Assembly (NCBI GenBank): GCA_963662275.1
Contig: OY759316.1
Span: 2,784,001 to 2,848,000 of the forward strand
Source of the DNA: Candidatus Cloacimonadales bacterium
GTDB lineage: Bacteria > Cloacimonadota > Cloacimonadia > Cloacimonadales > DAONDQ01
Direction of reading: 5' to 3'
Length of the DNA: 64,000 nucleotides
In this document: positions 48,284-58,699 of the stretch, piece after piece
Numbering within the stretch: position 1 is the first letter of the stretch
Layout: each line of letters starts with the position of its first letter
Translations under genes and position numbers: made by a program
The notes under the pieces: model-generated
What the model saw: only the letters and a program-made list of their open reading frames with translations
What the model was told of the DNA's origin: nothing
Databases searched by the model: none

Positions 48284-51200
48284 TTATTTAAGCAGCACCA
48301 TCTTCCTTGTCTGTGTATAATTGCCAGCTTGCATATGATAGAAATAGACACCGCTGGCAACTGGATGTCCGGTGCTATCTTTTCCATTCCAAAGAATAGA
48401 CTGAATCCCTGGATCTCGTATATCATCGAGTAATGTAGTTACTCTTTGTCCACGTACGTTATATATATTTACAGATACTTTACCTCTTTCCTTCAGATTG
48501 AACCGAATCGAGGTTTCAGGATTGAACGGATTAGGATAATTGCCCAGCAGTATGGAATGATTTATAACAGCAACCGGATCATTGCCCCCCACACTTCCAC
48601 CCGTACTGATTATTTTGAAATCATCAATCAGCAATGCAGCAGCCAAATCAGATACGCATTGAATAGCAATATATACAGTTCGATTGTCAAATACGGAAAG
48701 ATCGTAATTATATGGAGTCCAAATAACTGCAGGTACGCTCACTGTGTCTTCACCAGTGATGCTGATGAAGCTTGCTGGATTCATATCAGACAATGAAACC
48801 AGTAAATTGAATTTCTCCAAGCCATAGGATGCTGTGTATGATTTAGCCCAGAAACTGATCGATGTGTTTGTTCCTAATCGAAAACAGGGGGTAATCAACC
48901 AATCATCATTGGGTGGATTGGCACTGTCAAAACATGCCAGCATTTTATGCCCTGTACGTGCTTGGAGATATGTCATGGGTGGGTCTGTAGAGGTGGGATT
49001 GAATACCATAAATGCTTTAGGAATGCTCATATTTGGGAAGGATACCTGGTCAAAATCAAATGTGTTGCTTAGATCAACGTCCAAGTTGGTCCAACTGCCG
49101 AGGTCTGTGGTAAAGTCTGGATAATCATCAAAAGAATCTGCAAATATCAAATTCGGATAACCATATGTAACTTCGATAGTAAATGAATTTGAATACACAG
49201 ATTCAAAAGGTCCGTAAAATGCGCTAATCTTATAAGTATACAAACCATAAGCGACCGTTGAATCAGTGTACGAAATGGCAATAGGATTGTGCAATGTTTG
49301 GATGAGAGAATCGTTCCTGTAGATTCTGTATCCTGATAGATGATCACTAATCTGATGCACTGGAATCTGCCATGTTAAATGAACATTAGCTGAATCAATC
49401 ACGGCAACTAGATTCGTTGGTGGATTATTTGCAGCAGGAGGTGTGGAAATAGTAAAATCATCCATATAGATGAATTTTCCACCTGTGGAATGTCGAAGGA
49501 AACCTAGATAAATGTTTTGTCCTGAAAATTCAGATAAATCCACAGTCATTTCTTGGTAAATACTGGGTATATCAAAGTTAGAATATGTTTCCAATTCTGT
49601 TATGAAGCTGGATGAATCAGCATTTGTCGTAGAAACACAAACTTTTAAGTATTCATCCAATGAAGTAGGATCAGAATCCATAATGTCTGAGGAATCTTGC
49701 AGCCAAAAGCGTAATTGGTTACTTTGAGAACCCACTTCGAACTTAGGAGTCATCATCCAGTGATTCCCTGTAAAATTACTTACAAAAGCATATGCTGTTC
49801 CATTATGTGCATATCCTGCTGTAGTCCAACGACGCCATCCCTCGAGAGGATTTCCACTGTCTGAAATTGACCAGTCAGCATTTGGAAAAGTCTCATCCTC
49901 GAATCCCTGTTGATATGGAAAAATGTGTATTATTCCATCATTACCATAACCGGTTAGAGGAATGACATGGAGAGTACGGCTTCCGATATCCGATTTCCGA
50001 CTTGGAGTCAAGTTATCTGTCACATTCAGTTGGGCGTTCTTAATGCCTCCACTAGTCGGTGTAAAAGTGACTGACACTGCGTAACTTTCTCCAATAAATA
50101 ATGTATCAGGATAAGTATTCGTATCAATCAGGCTAAATTGAGCATCATCGACCCCTGATATGGATATCGGTTCTGTAATGATCAATGATCCGCCCCCGAT
50201 GTTATGGATTTGAACGTTAATTGGTGAAGACGTATTATTTATATTCACTTGACCGAAGTCTACTGTTGAGGGAATGGCACTGAATATCGGAATATCAGGC
50301 AAGGACTGGAACTGTAAACGTGTATCAGGAATTGCCATTCTTAATATACCGGAATAAGGGTTAGTCACTGAGCTATTATTCTGATCCGAATACTGCATGA
50401 TGCTACGATTTGTTATCATTTGTGTACAGAAGAAATCATCTCCGTCATCGTGGTATTCAGGCATATCTTTATCGACACAGATGACCAGATTACTAATATT
50501 GTCATAGTGGAAAGGCTCGTTTAGAGGGAGTTCAACCCACCCGGCAACAGCAGGTACAGATAGCATTCCTGAATACACAAGTGTCAGTTCGTTAGCTGGA
50601 ACGTAATCTGTAACTGAGAAAAATTGTATACGGTTCGTTAACCCCATATAGACCTTGACTGAATCAGTCCATTCTGAATAACCATTATACTGATAAAAGA
50701 TGGAACTGATCATGCTATTTGGGTGATTCAGTTCCTGCTGCAAATAGATCGTCTGGGAAAAACTATGCATATAATAAGGTTCCATTGGAAGACTGTAATC
50801 TACAAGAATTCCATTTCCTATTTCTACCAAGCCAGGTGCTAGAGCAGGTAACACTGTAGCCGAGATGAGGATTTGCAGGGATGGATTTTGTGGATCATTA
50901 GAGTTTATCGTTATTGAACCAGAAAAAACACCCTCAGATGTTGGAAGAAGCATCACGATGCATTCCAGTGAAGATCCGGGATTTAAAGTACGAGTACCGT
51001 TAATATTAGTAGAAATTGATGGAGCCGAAGTTGTCATAGAAAAGTTTAAATCAGCAAGCCCTGAATTAGTTATCTGAACAGTTCGAATTGACATGGAGTT
51101 GTTATTGATTTCACCATAGCTTAAGGATGTAGGATTCACATCTATCTGTGCACCTGTCGGTATTAACTGCCATGTAAAATCGTCAATGTAAAGGCTTTGA

Positions 51201-53383
51201 TAAGTACTAATATTTCCATGTTTAAAGCCAATATAATGATCTGTTCCGGTATATCCTGCGAAAGACAGAGAATATTCAATATAGATTGTCGAGATTGGTA
51301 TCGTTTCAAAAGCAGTAAATGATGATGGGTTTGTAGGATCGGCAACTGTTCCCACAATAATGGATGCATTTGATGCACCTCTTGCCCAGAAACGAATGTG
51401 CGTAGAGCCTATATTCGCTGTTGGAGGTGTAATAAGTATCACATTCGAAGCCAAATCATCGGAATTATAAAATAAGACATTATTCGGTGATGAATGAGGA
51501 TTTGAAGTGGTCGTAAACATAGTTGGATTTGTAATAGTCGATGTAACAATTTTACTCCATCCAGGTGGAAAAGCAGGTGGTGTTACTCCATCGAAGTTTT
51601 GGTAATATGGGAAAGATATCACGGTTGGATCAGACTCTGTTGTGAATGACCATACTGGACAATTTGTCGCCTGCCCCTCAGCATTATAAGGTATTACCTG
51701 CCAATAATATATAGTATTATATTGTAGAGTTTGTGAATAGGAAGATGCTAATGAAACATCATAATTATTCAGGATATTGGTAGGAGGATTATCAGTTCCG
51801 ATAGAAAGATGATATGCATTCGGGGATGATCCTGAATTATCTGGTAACCAGTAGAGAGTGGATGTTATAGATTGACTGACTGCTCCATTCAAAGGAGAAA
51901 TCAAAGTTGCAGGAAATGGTGGACCTACAGGCTGTTGTTCAAAAGTCACATCGTCCAGGAACATATTATTGCCATAACAACTGATAGCCTTGAAAATCAC
52001 ATACTTTATACCAGCAGATGTTGGTGGGAAACTCATTTGATAATTGTTCCAGCCACTACTATTTTCAACTGGGGATAGATCCCATCGCCGATGAATCGCA
52101 CCGAGGGAATCAGCTCCAATAAGATTGGGAGTTGAATTCAACCAAACACTGACCATTTCATTTTCATAAATCGATAGCAGTAAAGCTAAATCCCTATACA
52201 TCCAGAAACTAACACGGTAATTACTGCCTGGTAAGTTGAGGGGAGGAGATACAAGTGCACCCTGTGTACCTGGAACGAGAGTATATGAATTATACCGAGC
52301 CATTCCCTCTCCTGAATATGGTAAGCATGTCGGGTGTACTCCAGCAGTTTGTCGATCCCAAGTACCCGGTGTGCCATTCCCTTGTATTCGATAATTAGAC
52401 CAGCCAAAAGGTGCAAAGGAAGTTTCATCAAAACTTTCCGTGTAAGGGAAAGTACTGATGGAAGAATCAATTCCCAAGCCACTTAAAGTAAGTGTATGCG
52501 AAGTACGTGATAAGTCATCAGTCACTATGATGGTTGCTGAATACTGCTGGGCTGATGTAGGTCTGAATTGCACGGAAAAACTCATATTGTTTCCAGGATT
52601 AAGTGTACGAGGATATGTATTGGTATCAGTAACGATAAAACCGTTGGGATCATTACCCCCTAGAACAGAAGAAATGATGTGCATCGTGGTTCCGCCACCA
52701 TTAGTAATGGTAACATTTGTGGGATTAGAAGCTATGTTCAAGAAGTTTTGCCCGAAACCAATTATTGAGGGAGTCATATTGAATACAGCCGGACCGGTAA
52801 AGGAAGTAATATTCATCCGGATATTAGGACGATCATGGGATAAATATGTATTACCCAACGGTATAGTATTATCTGCAGACAAGAACGCAGTTACGTTCGT
52901 TGACATCGTTGTCAATGTATAGGCTCCACCACTAGCAGATCCCATACCTTGTCCACCATAATTGCATTCTATAAGTACAACCAGATTCTCACCGGAATAC
53001 CCCCAGTCATCAATATCTACAATATTCCAGTTATTCGCCACAGTTCCATTGACATTATTATTATATACTAGAGTAGCACCAGCAATTTGTGCAGCCCAAG
53101 TTACTTCGGATAGTGTTGTGCTACTTGTGGCTTTCAAGTAGATTTTTGTGGGAATAGAATAAGAATTACTTAATGTGGAATACCATGCCAGGTCAGTGAT
53201 GTTTCCTATCATACCAATTTCTGAAGCGAGAAACAGATTAGCACTTCTTTCATAACCAAAGTAACAGGCTAAAGGACGTTTGGATACAGCCGTTCCTGTT
53301 CCAATACTAATTGTTGTTGCCATCATTGCAGTACACAAATTAAATAACACAAAGAACATCAGCATTTTCTTCAATGAATTCAT
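48284..53383 (-). CDS. Large secreted adhesin-like protein, paralogue 2
   Basis: Same modules as its neighbours; 1699 aa. Confidence 0.9.
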   Translation of the reverse strand: MNSLKKMLMFFVLFNLCTAMMATTISIGTGTAVSKRPLACYFGYERSANLFLASEIGMIGNITDLAWYSTLSNSYSIPTKIYLKATSSTTLSEVTWAAQIAGATLVYNNNVNGTVANNWNIVDIDDWGYSGENLVVLIECNYGGQGMGSASGGAYTLTTMSTNVTAFLSADNTIPLGNTYLSHDRPNIRMNITSFTGPAVFNMTPSIIGFGQNFLNIASNPTNVTITNGGGTTMHIISSVLGGNDPNGFIVTDTNTYPRTLNPGNNMSFSVQFRPTSAQQYSATIIVTDDLSRTSHTLTLSGLGIDSSISTFPYTESFDETSFAPFGWSNYRIQGNGTPGTWDRQTAGVHPTCLPYSGEGMARYNSYTLVPGTQGALVSPPLNLPGSNYRVSFWMYRDLALLLSIYENEMVSVWLNSTPNLIGADSLGAIHRRWDLSPVENSSGWNNYQMSFPPTSAGIKYVIFKAISCYGNNMFLDDVTFEQQPVGPPFPATLISPLNGAVSQSITSTLYWLPDNSGSSPNAYHLSIGTDNPPTNILNNYDVSLASSYSQTLQYNTIYYWQVIPYNAEGQATNCPVWSFTTESDPTVISFPYYQNFDGVTPPAFPPGWSKIVTSTITNPTMFTTTSNPHSSPNNVLFYNSDDLASNVILITPPTANIGSTHIRFWARGASNASIIVGTVADPTNPSSFTAFETIPISTIYIEYSLSFAGYTGTDHYIGFKHGNISTYQSLYIDDFTWQLIPTGAQIDVNPTSLSYGEINNNSMSIRTVQITNSGLADLNFSMTTSAPSISTNINGTRTLNPGSSLECIVMLLPTSEGVFSGSITINSNDPQNPSLQILISATVLPALAPGLVEIGNGILVDYSLPMEPYYMHSFSQTIYLQQELNHPNSMISSIFYQYNGYSEWTDSVKVYMGLTNRIQFFSVTDYVPANELTLVYSGMLSVPAVAGWVELPLNEPFHYDNISNLVICVDKDMPEYHDDGDDFFCTQMITNRSIMQYSDQNNSSVTNPYSGILRMAIPDTRLQFQSLPDIPIFSAIPSTVDFGQVNINNTSSPINVQIHNIGGGSLIITEPISISGVDDAQFSLIDTNTYPDTLFIGESYAVSVTFTPTSGGIKNAQLNVTDNLTPSRKSDIGSRTLHVIPLTGYGNDGIIHIFPYQQGFEDETFPNADWSISDSGNPLEGWRRWTTAGYAHNGTAYAFVSNFTGNHWMMTPKFEVGSQSNQLRFWLQDSSDIMDSDPTSLDEYLKVCVSTTNADSSSFITELETYSNFDIPSIYQEMTVDLSEFSGQNIYLGFLRHSTGGKFIYMDDFTISTPPAANNPPTNLVAVIDSANVHLTWQIPVHQISDHLSGYRIYRNDSLIQTLHNPIAISYTDSTVAYGLYTYKISAFYGPFESVYSNSFTIEVTYGYPNLIFADSFDDYPDFTTDLGSWTNLDVDLSNTFDFDQVSFPNMSIPKAFMVFNPTSTDPPMTYLQARTGHKMLACFDSANPPNDDWLITPCFRLGTNTSISFWAKSYTASYGLEKFNLLVSLSDMNPASFISITGEDTVSVPAVIWTPYNYDLSVFDNRTVYIAIQCVSDLAAALLIDDFKIISTGGSVGGNDPVAVINHSILLGNYPNPFNPETSIRFNLKERGKVSVNIYNVRGQRVTTLLDDIRDPGIQSILWNGKDSTGHPVASGVYFYHMQAGNYTQTRKMVLLK

Positions 53384-53536
53384 AGTAGATCTCCCAATTT
53401 CTCATGCATGGTATGAATATGAATCAAGTAATTACATTTTTCTTCATCTTTATAAACACTATCAAAAGAACAAACCATTAAATAAAGGTCAATCTATTTC
53501 TGAATATTATCAAATATTAGAGATTGTGAATGTTTA

Positions 53537-53711
53537 CTAACACCTAACACCTAGCACCTAACACCTAGCACCTAACACCTAGCACCTAACACCTAACACC
53601 TAACACCTAACACCTAGCACCTAGCACCTAACACCTAGCACCTAACACCTAGCACCTAACACCTAACACCTAGCACCTAACACCTAACACCTAACACCTA
53701 ACACCTAGCAC
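53537..53711 (-). repeat. Heptamer array CTARCAC x25
   Basis: 175 bp made only of ctaacac and ctagcac units, abutting the stop at 53713. Confidence 0.98.
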
Positions 53712-53712
53712 C

Positions 53713-56700
53713 TTACTTCACCAGTACCATTTTCCTTGTATGGGTAACGCTTCCTATCTTCATTTGACTGAAATAAATACCGCTTGCTAAAGGATGTCCC
53801 TGGTTATCTTTTCCATTCCATTCCACAGACTGTAAACCAGTATTCAGCATTCCATCCATGAGGGTAATCACTTTCTGACCTTTGATATTATAAATATCCA
53901 GCACAACTCTCCCCTTTTCCTTCAAATAAAAACGAATTATTGTGCTTGGATTGAAGGGATTGGGATAATTATCAAGCAGGAAAGAACTGCTCATCATTGT
54001 AGTATTGTCACTAATTCCAGTTCCTCCGGAAGCGGATATCTTCAAATCATCAAGGTAGACATATTTTCCATTTGTTGAATGTCTCTTAAAAGCAATTGAA
54101 ACAACAGAGTCAACGTAAGTACTTAAATCCAGGATGCATTCCTGGTAGAACTGAGGAATCATTGCATTTGTTTTATGTAATAAAGTCGTAGTGAAGCTGG
54201 TTGTATCTGAATTTGTGGTAGACAGCAAGACATCCAAGTATTCAGGTATTGATGCAACGGCTGAATCTGGAACATCTATACTGTTGCCCAGCCAAAAAGT
54301 GACTTTATTACTTTGAGAAGTGACATGAAATTGTGGAGTTATCAACCAGTGATCTCCTGACTGAATTCCCACGACCGCATAAGCACTTCCAGTGTGAGGA
54401 TTACCGGCAGTTGTTCTCCGCCGCCACCCCTGCGTAGGATTTGCACTATCAACGACAGACCATAGAGAGTCAGGAAAAATTGTATTTTCAAAACCTGTCA
54501 TATAGGGAAAAACGTCCAAGATGTAATCATAAGAAGAACCTGATAATGGTATGATATGTTCTGTACGTTGTAGCCCAGACCTACTACTTACAAGTGGCTG
54601 GTCATCAGATAAATGCAATTGGGCTGTTTTCGTTCCCTCACTTGTTGGAACAAATGATACTGATACTGTCATGCTTTGTCCGCTCTGCAAAGATATTGGA
54701 TAAGTATTTGTATCCGCAAGTGAAAACTGGGAAGCATCCGCTCCATCCAAAACAATGGGTTGCGGGATTGTTAATACTCCAAAGCCATCATTCCTGACTT
54801 GGACACTGACTGGTGGGACAATATCCTCGATAAACACAGTTCCAAAATCGACAGCAGAAGGAGTGATTACACAAATCGGAGTATTCGCCAACCGGAGGAA
54901 TTGGAATCTTGTATTGGGAATTACCATATGTAATGTTCCAGGAGGAGGATTGGAAACTGAATAATCATCACTACCAATCACTTTTATACTTCGATTCGAT
55001 AATATCTCAGTACAGTAAAAATCGCATTCACTATTGTGCCAAGGTCCAATTTTATCAACACATACAACCAAATTATGCACGTTATCATAGACGAATGGCA
55101 ATTGGAGAGGAATCTCAATCCAACCCGCAGTATTGGGAACTGTCAGTAAACCTGTATAGACCAAAGTCAGTTCACTTGCAGGAACCCAGTCTGATGAGTT
55201 TGAAAATTGCGTTTTGGATGTATGCCCCATATAGACTTTTATGGAATCAGACATAGCATATGAGCCATTGTATTCATAGCCAATGGACATGATACTGCAG
55301 TTTGTCATATTGAGCTGTGGCTGTACATAAATCGTCTGCGACATACTATCGTATTGATATGGTTCAACCGGCAAACATGTATCCACTAGGTTTTCATTGC
55401 CGATTTCGATCATATCCGGTGTAAGTGCAGGCTGCACTGTGGCTGTGATAGGAATCTGGAAAGCCGGATTTAGAGCATCATCGGAATGAATCGTTATCGA
55501 TTCAGCAAGATTTCCTTCTGCTGTGGGCAGAACACTGACGAAGCAAATACGGGAACTGTCTGGTGCAAGAACTTGTGTACCAATGGCATCAGTGAACACA
55601 GACGGTGATGATGATGATATGGTATAGTTAAGATTAGCAAAACCTGTATTGGTGATCATGAGTTCACGAGTGCTAATCGAATTATTATGAATCCCCCGAA
55701 ATGCTAGTGTATCGGTATTTACTTCCACATATGGACCAGCGGGTATTAACTGCCAGGTGAAATCGTCAAAATCGACTTGATCATATTCCGCTTGAGTATG
55801 GAAAGTAAATCCGATGTATTGATCCGTGCCCTGGTATTCTGCAAAAGAAACAGAACACTCTCTTTGGAAATTATCCAGTTGAAATGACTGGAAAGGTGTA
55901 AACGATGAAGGGATGGTCGGATTACTCATGGTTCCAACAATAAATAATGGATTATCGTAACTTCTTGCCCAAAACCGGATACGGGTGTTACCCAGGTTGG
56001 AGGTTGGTGGACTGATCAGGATCAGTTCCGCTGTCACATCATTTACAGTATTAAAAGCCACCTGGTTGGGAGCTGAATGTGCAAGACCGGACTCAGTTCT
56101 TATCGTCGGGGAAGAATTTCCACAAACCATCGATGTTGTCCAATCTATAGGCAGATTCGGTGCAGTTACAGTATCAAAGTTCTGTGTATAGGGGAAAGAT
56201 GTGACCGTTGGATCAATCTTCGTAGTAAATGACCAAACAGGACTGCTTGTTGGCTGTCCAGAAATATTATATGGCACGACTTTCCAATAGTAGGTCGTTC
56301 CATATTGAAGGATTGGCTGATAGGATGTAACCTGCCCGATATCGATGTTATTCATGATATTAGTTGGAGGATTATTCGTTCCTAATGACAGGTAATATCC
56401 ATGCACCATCGGTCCTGTTCCCAAACTTACCCAATTCAAAGAAATGACATTTAACTGGTTCATAGCATTATTGGCGGGAGAGACAAGCGTAGCAAGATCA
56501 GGCACACCTACGGGCTGCTGTTCGAAAGTCACATCATCAATATACATATTAGCTCCCCGACATGAGATCGCCTTGAAAATCACATACTTTATACCAGTAG
56601 AAGTCAGGGGAAAATTCATGGCATACGCATACCAGCCATTGGCTGTTTCAGAGGGAAACAAATCAGTTCTCCTGTGAATGACACCGAGAGAATCCGCTCC

Positions 56701-57981
56701 CTCTAGATTGGGGGCTGAATTCAACCATACACTGACCATCTCATCGTGAGTGATGCCTGTGGTATAAGAATTAGTACGATACATCCAGAATTTCACACGA
56801 TAATTACTACCTGGAAGCTGCATTGGAGGTGATACTAAAGCTGCATGTGTACCATATTGATAATCAGCACTGTAGAAGCGAGCCATGGCTGCACCGGAAT
56901 GTGGAGAGCAGGTAGGACCTGTACCAGATGTCTGGCGATTCCAGGTACCTGGAGAGCCGATTCCCTGTATCCGGTAATTTAACCATCCATAGGGCGGAAA
57001 TACGGTACCATCAAAGCTTTCCGTGCCTGGGAATGTGGTGATGGTTGTATCGTAACCTTCCCCATTCAAAGCAAGCACATGTTCTTCGCGGGATATGTCA
57101 TCGGTAACTGTGATTGTCGCATTGTATTGCTGAACAAGCATAGGATGAAACTGAATTGAGAAGCTCATTGTAGAGCCAAAAGGGAGCGTAACCGGATAAA
57201 CATTTGTATCATTGAAAATGAATCCTCCCGGGTTAGTTCCACCAAGCATGGATGAAGTGATATGTAAATCCTGTCCGCCTGAGTTCGAAATAACCACACT
57301 GGAAGAAGGTGAAACATAATTTAACGGATATGAGCCGAAACCGAGAGTTGTAGGATTCATATTAAAAATAGCTTCTTCGTGAAGAGAAGTCATATTAAAT
57401 CGAATGTTATTACGCACTGTAGTAACATTACCTATAGTTTCAGGAGCTACTTCATTCATATATATTAGCATCGTTAGATTTGAACTCATGTTTCCGGCAG
57501 TAAATCCTGCTCCCGATGAATAACCGGTACCACTACCTCCATAATTGCATTCGACAAGAACCATCAAATTTCCTGATGTATAAGCCCAATCATTGATATC
57601 AATTGTTTTCCACACATCCCCTGTAAAATCCGTAACTGTGCCATCAAATACAAGAGTTGCATCACTGATCAGATTTGTCCAGGTCGTAGTAGTCATAGTC
57701 GTTGCAGTTGTGGATTTGAGATATATTTTTGTGGGTATGGTAACTGTTTGGTAGTAAGTAGGAAACCATGAAAGATCTGAAATACTTCCGTAGTAACCGA
57801 TTTCATTGGCTAAATACAGGCTGGCACAACATTCATAAGGATAGTAACTGGCAATAGGTCTCCTGGTAGTACTCGTGCCTGTCCCGATTGTAAAAGTAGT
57901 TGCCAATAGTAAAGATAACAAATTTGATAAAAGTAAAATAAACAGTGTTTTCAATAAAGCGTTCATAAGATAACCCCTCAT
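53713..57981 (-). CDS. Large secreted adhesin-like protein, paralogue 3 (likely start 57966)
   Basis: Same modules as its neighbours; NYPNPFNP tail. Confidence 0.9.
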   Translation of the reverse strand: MRGYLMNALLKTLFILLLSNLLSLLLATTFTIGTGTSTTRRPIASYYPYECCASLYLANEIGYYGSISDLSWFPTYYQTVTIPTKIYLKSTTATTMTTTTWTNLISDATLVFDGTVTDFTGDVWKTIDINDWAYTSGNLMVLVECNYGGSGTGYSSGAGFTAGNMSSNLTMLIYMNEVAPETIGNVTTVRNNIRFNMTSLHEEAIFNMNPTTLGFGSYPLNYVSPSSSVVISNSGGQDLHITSSMLGGTNPGGFIFNDTNVYPVTLPFGSTMSFSIQFHPMLVQQYNATITVTDDISREEHVLALNGEGYDTTITTFPGTESFDGTVFPPYGWLNYRIQGIGSPGTWNRQTSGTGPTCSPHSGAAMARFYSADYQYGTHAALVSPPMQLPGSNYRVKFWMYRTNSYTTGITHDEMVSVWLNSAPNLEGADSLGVIHRRTDLFPSETANGWYAYAMNFPLTSTGIKYVIFKAISCRGANMYIDDVTFEQQPVGVPDLATLVSPANNAMNQLNVISLNWVSLGTGPMVHGYYLSLGTNNPPTNIMNNIDIGQVTSYQPILQYGTTYYWKVVPYNISGQPTSSPVWSFTTKIDPTVTSFPYTQNFDTVTAPNLPIDWTTSMVCGNSSPTIRTESGLAHSAPNQVAFNTVNDVTAELILISPPTSNLGNTRIRFWARSYDNPLFIVGTMSNPTIPSSFTPFQSFQLDNFQRECSVSFAEYQGTDQYIGFTFHTQAEYDQVDFDDFTWQLIPAGPYVEVNTDTLAFRGIHNNSISTRELMITNTGFANLNYTISSSSPSVFTDAIGTQVLAPDSSRICFVSVLPTAEGNLAESITIHSDDALNPAFQIPITATVQPALTPDMIEIGNENLVDTCLPVEPYQYDSMSQTIYVQPQLNMTNCSIMSIGYEYNGSYAMSDSIKVYMGHTSKTQFSNSSDWVPASELTLVYTGLLTVPNTAGWIEIPLQLPFVYDNVHNLVVCVDKIGPWHNSECDFYCTEILSNRSIKVIGSDDYSVSNPPPGTLHMVIPNTRFQFLRLANTPICVITPSAVDFGTVFIEDIVPPVSVQVRNDGFGVLTIPQPIVLDGADASQFSLADTNTYPISLQSGQSMTVSVSFVPTSEGTKTAQLHLSDDQPLVSSRSGLQRTEHIIPLSGSSYDYILDVFPYMTGFENTIFPDSLWSVVDSANPTQGWRRRTTAGNPHTGSAYAVVGIQSGDHWLITPQFHVTSQSNKVTFWLGNSIDVPDSAVASIPEYLDVLLSTTNSDTTSFTTTLLHKTNAMIPQFYQECILDLSTYVDSVVSIAFKRHSTNGKYVYLDDLKISASGGTGISDNTTMMSSSFLLDNYPNPFNPSTIIRFYLKEKGRVVLDIYNIKGQKVITLMDGMLNTGLQSVEWNGKDNQGHPLASGIYFSQMKIGSVTHTRKMVLVK

Positions 57982-58272
57982 TCATTACATCCGGTTTTTT
58001 TGTGATTATTGATCAAATTCTTTTTATAAACTTTAATCATTTTCATTATTCATTAAATATTGTCAATAGATTTCCTTCCAGTAATTGATTTATAAAATAG
58101 GGATTTGGAGCACTTCATTATTACAATTTGTACTTTGTATGAAAGCTAGGATGTAAACTCCGATTAGGAACATGGCGAATAGAAGGAGGAATGCAAATTG
58201 GTCATAATAAATAAACGAAAACCCCCTATAGAAAATAAAGAGGCAAATCACAAGTGACTTGCCTCTTAAAAT

Positions 58273-58346
58273 TGGCTGGGATGGAAGGATTTGAACCCTC
58301 ACATACGGAGCCAGAGTCCGCTGTCCTACCATTAGACGACATCCCA
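58273..58346 (-). tRNA. tRNA-Gln(CTG)
   Basis: Anticodon arm GCGGA-CT-CTG-GC-TCCGT; 3' CCA. Confidence 0.95.
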
Positions 58347-58367
58347 ACATTCATAGCATTCAAAATT

Positions 58368-58442
58368 TGGCAGGGCCGGGAGGATTTGAACCCCCGAATA
58401 TCAGGACCAAAACCTGGTGCCTTACCCCTTGGCGACGGCCCT
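58368..58442 (-). tRNA. tRNA-Gln(TTG)
   Basis: Anticodon arm CCAGG-TT-TTG-GT-CCTGA; 3' CCA. Confidence 0.95.
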
Positions 58443-58460
58443 ACGTTTTCAAAGATCTTT

Positions 58461-58552
<92 letters not shown>

Positions 58553-58561
58553 TGGTGTTAT

Positions 58562-58647
58562 TGGCGGAGGACGAGGGACTCGAACCCCCATGGGGAAACC
58601 CCGGCGGTTTTCAAGACCGCTGCCTTACCAATTAGGACTAGTCCTCC
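58562..58647 (-). tRNA. tRNA-Ser(TGA)
   Basis: Anticodon arm GCGGT-CT-TGA-AA-ACCGC; variable arm; 3' GCCA. Confidence 0.95.
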
Positions 58648-58699
58648 AAAAGGCTGTTGGTTGCTACTAAAAAAAATGAGGAAGCTCTGTCAATGATAT

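Noticed and set aside
53537..53711. CRISPR array
   Set aside because: 7-bp tandem units without unique spacers; no cas genes in the window
24013..58272. tRNA-anchored integrative island or prophage
   Set aside because: Bounded by tRNAs, but I found no integrase, phage genes or duplicated tRNA 3' end
58562..58647. Selenocysteine or suppressor tRNA
   Set aside because: Anticodon TGA reads UCA (Ser); tRNA-Sec would have TCA and a longer acceptor stem
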